Assembly (NCBI GenBank): GCA_043228905.1 | Contig: JBHGNT010000009.1 | Span: 18,538,001-18,602,000, forward strand | DNA from: Azolla caroliniana | Taxonomy: Eukaryota > Plantae > Polypodiophyta | Length of the DNA stretch: 64,000 nucleotides | Direction: 5' to 3' | Part shown: in pieces, positions 57,161-64,000 of the stretch | How the letters are laid out: each line of letters starts with the position of its first letter | How positions within the stretch are numbered: position 1 is the stretch's first letter | Notes under the pieces: generated by a model | Databases searched by the model: none | What the model saw: only the letters and a program-made list of their open reading frames with translations | What the model was told of the DNA's origin: nothing | Position numbers and translations under genes: made by a program

Positions 57161-60100
57161 CTAATCTCTGTTTTTCTTTTTTTTGCCCGTGTTGGGCGAT
57201 TGCTCTTGGCTAATTCGTATGTCTCGGCTAATCAATCATGTTCCTGTATCAATCCCTAATTGTTGTCTCTGTTGCCACTAATCCAATAGCCTTTATTTAA
57301 CTGATCTCTTCTTTATTGTTGTCTCTGCGTGTCTATATCCTAGGACAAGCTGATCTTTTTCGTCTCCATGATGTGCCCATCTCTCTCTCTCTCGTTGTAG
57401 TTATTGTGACCCCGTCAGCTGCTAATATGCACATATTAATCTTGTCTTCCCGATTCTTCTATTTATGTCGATATCGCATCTCTCTTGTCTCAAGAGCGAA
57501 GTTGTCCTTGTTTTGCTTAAGACACTGTTCCCCATCATTTTAAGAGCAATAGACACCAACGACTTCTCACTCTCTCACTCTCTCAATGAATGGGTAAATA
57601 TCCCATTTTGTTGTAAACCAATTGTCTTATGGGCCAATTTTGGCCTTAGAATACATTAATCTCTCTCTCTCTCTCTCTCTCTCATCTACTTTTGCCTATA
57701 GATTTTGCGCAATTGTCTCGCTATCTACCTGAATTTGTCTCCTTGAGACCAACTTAACTTTGTTAATCTCAAAGGAGATTCCCCTCGTCTTTCAATGCTC
57801 TTGATGAATTTGTCAACCTCTAGAGAAAGTGGCTTTATGTGTGATTAGAATTGAAGCGGAACATCCTCTACTCCGTTTTTTTTTTGTTTGGCAAGAGATG
57901 TCATGGATTGATGGGGATGTTGTTGGATGGACTTGAAAACTCTTGATAGAATGTTTGTTTGCATGCTTACGTTTATCAACATATCATTGGACAGTGTGTC
58001 ACAAACTCTTATCGTGATGTTGATTAAACACAACTATATTAGATGTAAACGCCATTTCTTTTCTTAGAAGAGATGCTTAGGCTCAATTGCCATGTCACTC
58101 AAACTCACTATCTTTCCAGACAAAGTTCTTTACATGTGATTATATCAAGGTTGCCAAAAACTTTCATCTTGTATTGACATAGTCGACGTTGTCATGAACT
58201 CTCCAAACAATGTCATTGCACGTGATTCTACCATGACTAAAGTCGTCTTAAAAGAGATACCTTCATGCCCACATATTGGACAACTTTACAAGCTTACTTG
58301 ATATATGTCGTTATTATAGATGAATGTTTATGATTGTGAGTTGTCACAAATGTGTTATGCTCCCATGTCGCAAGCATGTGCTCAATCACACAATGGATAA
58401 GTCATTCAGACTATAAATACTCTCATTAGTTTGTATCTTGATAGTTATTGTTTGACATAGACGTGGAGATCATGGTATATGTGTGGACTATTGTATGGAT
58501 TCCTCCCATTTGAATGGTTGATGATTTCTCCATAGGATGTTCAAATAATGAAATTTGGATTGTGCTATGTGTTTGTGTGTACATTATGGTGCTTCTCCCT
58601 TTATTATCTTGAATGAACAACATGAAGAGAAATGGAGGAGAGTTAACCATGTATGATATGCATATAGTTAGTGGATGATATGTTGAGAAACATATCCAAT
58701 ATATAAATTGCTATGAATAGTGCAAAGGAGAATATGAAAGTTGAATGACGACGAAATCTTTTAGGTATGAAATAGAAGTAATAATCATGTTAAAGAAAAG
58801 TATATTCGCAGTAATTGTGCAAAATAGTACACTATATAAGCATTGTGGCAGTCATAACGTTGACATAAAATATAAAAGAAAAAAAAGCATTGAATGTCAT
58901 CACATTAACCCATTATTGCATGAACTGTATCGTCCCATGACTATTATCGCCCGCATGCAACATAGATTCTTTTGTAGAGGGGATCAATCTAGTGTTCTCA
59001 AACAAGTGTGATGGGTATTTATGTTCTTTGCAATCTAGCCTCACTTAGTCTTGGTAAGGAATCATATTCAGTGGTTTGCCATACCTGTTCCGGGTCATGG
59101 TGGATTGCCCTAAATATGGATTTAAGCTTACTTGAGAGCTCGTCATGAGTCATGAACTTGTGAGCTCTTAGAGCGATATCTTTTAATGTTGAATTCCATG
59201 GGTTCGAGTTTGAACCTCCATAATGGGTGTGTTTCAAACCTATAAACTTGAAGCCTTCATGATTGAAGGGTTTGAACCTCCCAACTACAACACAAAAGTA
59301 AAATATCTTAGATGTTGAAAACTCTTGACCCAAAACAATAGAACTTATGAAAATCATAGGATTTGATAAGTAAAGCTTGAACCGTAATTTGAATCATCAA
59401 ATACAATAGGAATTTTAAAAAGCCAAAACTAAGACCCGGGAGGGCAAATTAGTGAGTTCTTTTGTGGAAAGACTATGGATTCATTGCATGTAAAAATGGT
59501 TCATATCATGCGCTTTCAAGGCATTCTAAAAAAACCTTATTTGCATTTTTTTAGTGAATTAAACATGCCCCTTTAACCTGCAAATACTCTGTTATGTGTG
59601 GTACCCTTTGATATTTAATAATTTATAGAAAAATGTGTTTATAAAAAATTCCTTTTCTCGAGCTCACGTGACGGGGTCTAATATGAACTCATACTGTATC
59701 TTTATTTATTATTTAAATGAAAGAAAACTATTGTATCATATAATATGTACACAAGTATGGTGACAATTAAATAATGCCTCCCACTAAGCACTGAGAAGGT
59801 TTGCGGCACACAAAGAAAATGAAGTTGATAAGCAAGTCTCGACCTCAGAACCTTTGATAGAGTACACACAATTATCAATGGAATAACAAGATATACAAAC
59901 TAATGACGTACAACTTCATCATGATGTAATTTTAATTGTATCGAGCTGTAAATTCATCTTCCTCCAAGATGTTTAATGCAAAAAGGTGCACTCTCATGTT
60001 GTTTGAAGGCTTGTATACTAAACTTGACTTTGCTAGTACATGCTCACACACTTTCCATGTCTTGTACATGAATAAAACATCATGATGAGTAAGAATTGTA

Positions 60101-62867
60101 GGAGGGTAAATACGTAAAGATCAACAAATAAAGGATTGGGTACATTTATGGATACATAACGATATAGGAAACACATATTTTAGAGCCAATATCAAGAATG
60201 CCACTTGAATAAAGGGTATGCACATTATTGTTCCTCGTAGTTCGAGAAATATATCCACATACTCCTAGTAAAAAAGCAATGTAGTTTTTATTTGAAATCA
60301 ATGAAGTTAATAAGGTCATTTCTTGTGGTAATCACGTTCATTTTTTTAATGATTCTTGCAATATTCTTCATGATTACGATTGAGTAAGATCAATGAATGG
60401 AGATCGTCACGAGAATGAATACAAAATGCAAGATTTAACCATAGAGTTTATTGTAGATCGGGCTTTCATATGTGAAAGTAACATGACACTAAGTAAAGGC
60501 ACAAAATAATGGAGAATAAGCTCCCATAGGAAGAAAATGGACTTTAACATTAGATATAAATAACATATATTTTTATTATTTTGGGCTAGTTGTCATTCAA
60601 ACCATCAAAGTAGCTGGATATGTGCTTTACATCTTCATTTTAGTGTCACAACTTCATATCTATCCCCTCTCGTGTTGTTAATCGTAAGAGCTAAAAAAAC
60701 ATTCAATGTCATTTGTAGTTGTGGAAAGGCTTGGATGTATGTGTGTGGGATGACCTCCTCCTACAATTTACAAACCTCGGCATCAACTAATTCCAAATTG
60801 AGATAATGGAGCAAAATGCAAGAACTCTGAATACATGTTAAGAAATCCTTTTTATGGTCACAGGCAGATCTAGTTGAGGGGCTATAGTAGTTTGACGAAC
60901 TAGATACATACAACGGTTTTCAATTGACGTGACAACAGTTTTTTACATTCTTTATAGTGGTAGTGTGGCCATCAAGGAATATTCAAATATGTTGTAAGTT
61001 TTGCAATATACTGCTTTTATTACTAAGGATAGTAATCATATTTTTGAAATCATAAAGCATGTAGATGATATATTGACATCTTATACCAAGGATGTCTTTT
61101 CTATTAATAGGGATATATAACGGTATGGTGTATCCTAACACTATCCATGATAAGCGTCCATTCCAGTGAATAAACACGATTTAGAGTACTCAAATTATTA
61201 TATTGTAACATGAAACAGTCAAATGATAGGAAGTCCTCAATGTCTTTTAAGTTGATTTTCATGCAATGCAAATTTGAATAAGAGAGATGTAAGACAACAA
61301 AGGAAATAATGTTTCCTAGAACAAACATTTCATGTATCTCTCAAACAACGTGTTCACATAGGATCGTTGACACATGCTTACAATCCAATGCATCATTATA
61401 TCCTTAGCCTTGAATGTTGATGTCGTGCATGAGATCATCATTCCACGCATGGGAACACGCTAAGATGAATCTACGTGCAATGTGCAACCGCATGTTCTAC
61501 ATTTTCACATGCAACTCTACACTACACAATGTGTCATGATCATACATTCACTTACATGCTCTATCATGTTACGTAAGTAAAGTATAATGATATTTTTATC
61601 ATTATTGGTGGTCACTATGTGTTGCTATACTATTAATATATACTTGCTTAACTTTGAAACTTAATTTAAAAACTCACAAAGATTCCTTTTTCCCAAACGA
61701 GTATGATGGTTGAACGGATATAAACAGACAATATTGTGAAATAAATAAGTTGTAATAGATTTTAAAAAAGGGTACTGAAGGGGATGATTGGCACAAAAAT
61801 GTACCATGCAAAAACAAGCGCATATATTGTAGGATTCGAGCCAATGATGACGTAGATATGTATGTACGTGTAAACACGAAGTGAATTTTACTTATAAACA
61901 TTGCGGTTGAGAATTCACATTGTCATAGCAAAGAAAATGTGTGTAGGAATTGAACTTGATTAACAATGCACGGAAAGAAAACTCAAATGTGGTAAAAAAC
62001 AAAGCATCATACCAATGTGTGATACTTCGAGTCATGAACTTATCAAGGAAAACAAAATGCATAGCAAATGAGTATAATTGTCAGTGTCCCAACGCTCTAT
62101 CTCAAATAAGAGAGCATGCGAGGTAAGTAATATGGAATCAATGTGTGTGTGTGGGTTGTAGACAAATGGATGGGTCGTAGCATGACATGGTGGTGAATAT
62201 GGTTTCCTTGTGGTTTTGTACTTTGGTGCAACATATGCAATGTAATGTATAAAACGCGACTCTCCACATCTTTTGCAAGCCACAACAAAAACGCCTTATT
62301 CACGAAGGTAAATCTCTCGCCCTCACTTTGGTTCAAAACAGGCTATTTGTTGAGATGAGTTTTATTTAGTTATTCAGTAGAGTCAAGCCATAATTGAGAT
62401 GGGCTATAAGTTTAAACGATTTTGGAGACTTCGACAAATTCGAGATGGACAGGGCCGCGTTTGAACTGTTAAGAGACTGCGAGGTCATGAGTTCGATGCA
62501 ACTGATGGGGTTGTGTGACAAAGTAGTTCATGAGAAGAGACATACAATGCAATCGAAGACGTGGTGAGAGGATAGATTTGAACAGACCGGTGTCTCATGC
62601 CGGTGGTGTGAGTGAAAATAGATTGATTCACTAGTAGCCATGTAGGACCCGTAGTAGCGAGAGAGCAGAAAGAAAAAAGAAGAGGAGGCTATTCCTGCTC
62701 TTTCTTTTTTGTGGAGGGGTATTTGGGGAATTATGGGAAACCAGGGGGAGAGGGGTATTTGTGGAATTAAGTGAAATCAGATGGAGAGGGGTATTTTGGG
62801 GAATTAACAAAAACCTACAAATTCAATCCTCAGAGAACAAGAGGAGAGCAGAGCAGAGAACAGAGCG

Positions 62868-63390
62868 ATGGAGGGACGCCATGCCCTCTCTTCATCTTCG
62901 TCGAGGTGAGTTATGTCTGTCTGATTACCCTGCCTCTTCTCTACAAACCACAGTGCGATCCTCCCGTCTCTCTCAAATCCTTCTGTTTTTTGTTGTTGTT
63001 GTCGTTTGTAATCTTTTCAGCTTCTTCTCCAATCAAACCATCTCTCTACCTCCTCACAGAAAAACCCTAAGAATCATATCATTCTCTTCTTCTTCTTCTT
63101 CCACACCAAATTTAACAGTAACCATTTCTTCATGTCATCACGAACAACAGAATGATGGAAAGAATGTCAGCAAGTCAGCTCCTAAAACGAGCCGAAGGTA
63201 ATTAGTTTAAAACAAGCGATCGATTCAGCTGGTTCTCTTATTCAATTCTCTCCCAAATCGTGTTTTTTGCTTCTCTCGAAAATGTGATCAGCTATAGCTA
63301 TGATCTGTATATTGAATGTTGGTTAATCTGCAGAGAAACCATTCTGCAAAGCAGTGGTGCTGCCATTCTTCTGGCTTTTGTCAACTTCAG
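62868..63390 (+). CDS. 5' part of a probable plastid/thylakoid-targeted protein gene (DUF1499-like), remainder not found in the window. Exons 62868-62905, 63021-63197, 63334-63390
   Basis: The spliced frame MEGRHALSSSSSSFFSNQ...KTSRRETILQSSGAAILLAFVNFS has a Ser-rich transit-like peptide, twin Arg and a hydrophobic stretch. It resembles the recalled RRELILRSSE..GAIFNFS of plant DUF1499 proteins. GT-AG sites are frame-consistent. Confidence 0.55.
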
Positions 63391-64000
63391 GTATTCATTG
63401 TATTGAATTTGTGGTCAGTATACCTTTGTCAAGTTCACTTTGTGTTGAATTTGTGGTAAAAAGAGGAATTGATTGGTTTCTGTAATTTATATACATAATC
63501 GTATGGTCGATCACATATTCACTTATTGCCATAGAAGTATCTGTGGCAATTTTAATGATTTAGAGGCACTGAATGCCTTTTCCTAGGTTTTAGGTTAGGT
63601 CAATTTCCATTATCTTATTTTTATCATTTGATGCATTTCTTAAGAAGGATCTTATGCCATCTCATCTCGTGGTTGACTGGATGCCCAATGGCTATGGTGG
63701 TTCTAATAGTTAAGAGGCATTTGGCACCTTTTACTGAATGATTTTCTGTGTAGCATAGTGTGAATCCACCATTTTTTCAATAATATTAATTTTTACTAGG
63801 ACTATTAATGAGTAATGGTGTATATGTACAAGGTCTTATGGAAGGGTGTGAATGTAAACCTTAAAGGGCCTTATAGAGCAAATCCTCAATTGTCGCGCTT
63901 ACATATAAAGGCACAAACTAAAACCATCTAAACATATATTTGAGTGTGTGAGAGATATGGATAGATTCTATTATCGTCTTCGGAGGTCAAATATAACCTA

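Noticed and set aside
56744-57259. 171-aa hydrophobic ORF
   Set aside because: Arises from the (CTGCTTT)n repeat antisense to the BSK upstream region.
57800-62400. Scattered short ORFs (e.g. 59019-59357) in the BSK-DUF1499 intergenic region
   Set aside because: Probably old TE debris, but I could not assign any motif with confidence.

Overview
This is eukaryotic land-plant nuclear DNA with GT-AG introns, microsatellites and TTTAGGG repeats. A Tcn1-like chromovirus tail and the repeat style hint at a fern or other non-seed plant, which is inference. Six host genes can be reconstructed by hand: a 7-exon LisH protein (13395-15903), ERD4/OSCA3.1 (22761-27620), an intronless acidic 514-aa repeat protein (30027-31571), PIG-U (40368-44331), a BSK pseudokinase (minus, 56731-48590) and the 5' end of a probable thylakoid DUF1499-like gene (from 62868). 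Between them lie degraded LINEs, two Copia elements, a chromovirus tail, hAT remnants and two MITEs. Two candidate cell-cycle regulators stand out. The LisH protein has an NPAT/Mxc-like N-terminus, a DLFD motif, a D-box, a KEN box and an upstream E2F site, so it may be a plant histone-locus-body scaffold. The 514-aa ORF has a SIAMESE-like TP/PPxAPKK/RKL core, five tandem RxL-F/RNLFG-type cyclin-docking repeats and an LR tail. Both assignments rest on motifs and remembered sequences and need profile searches.
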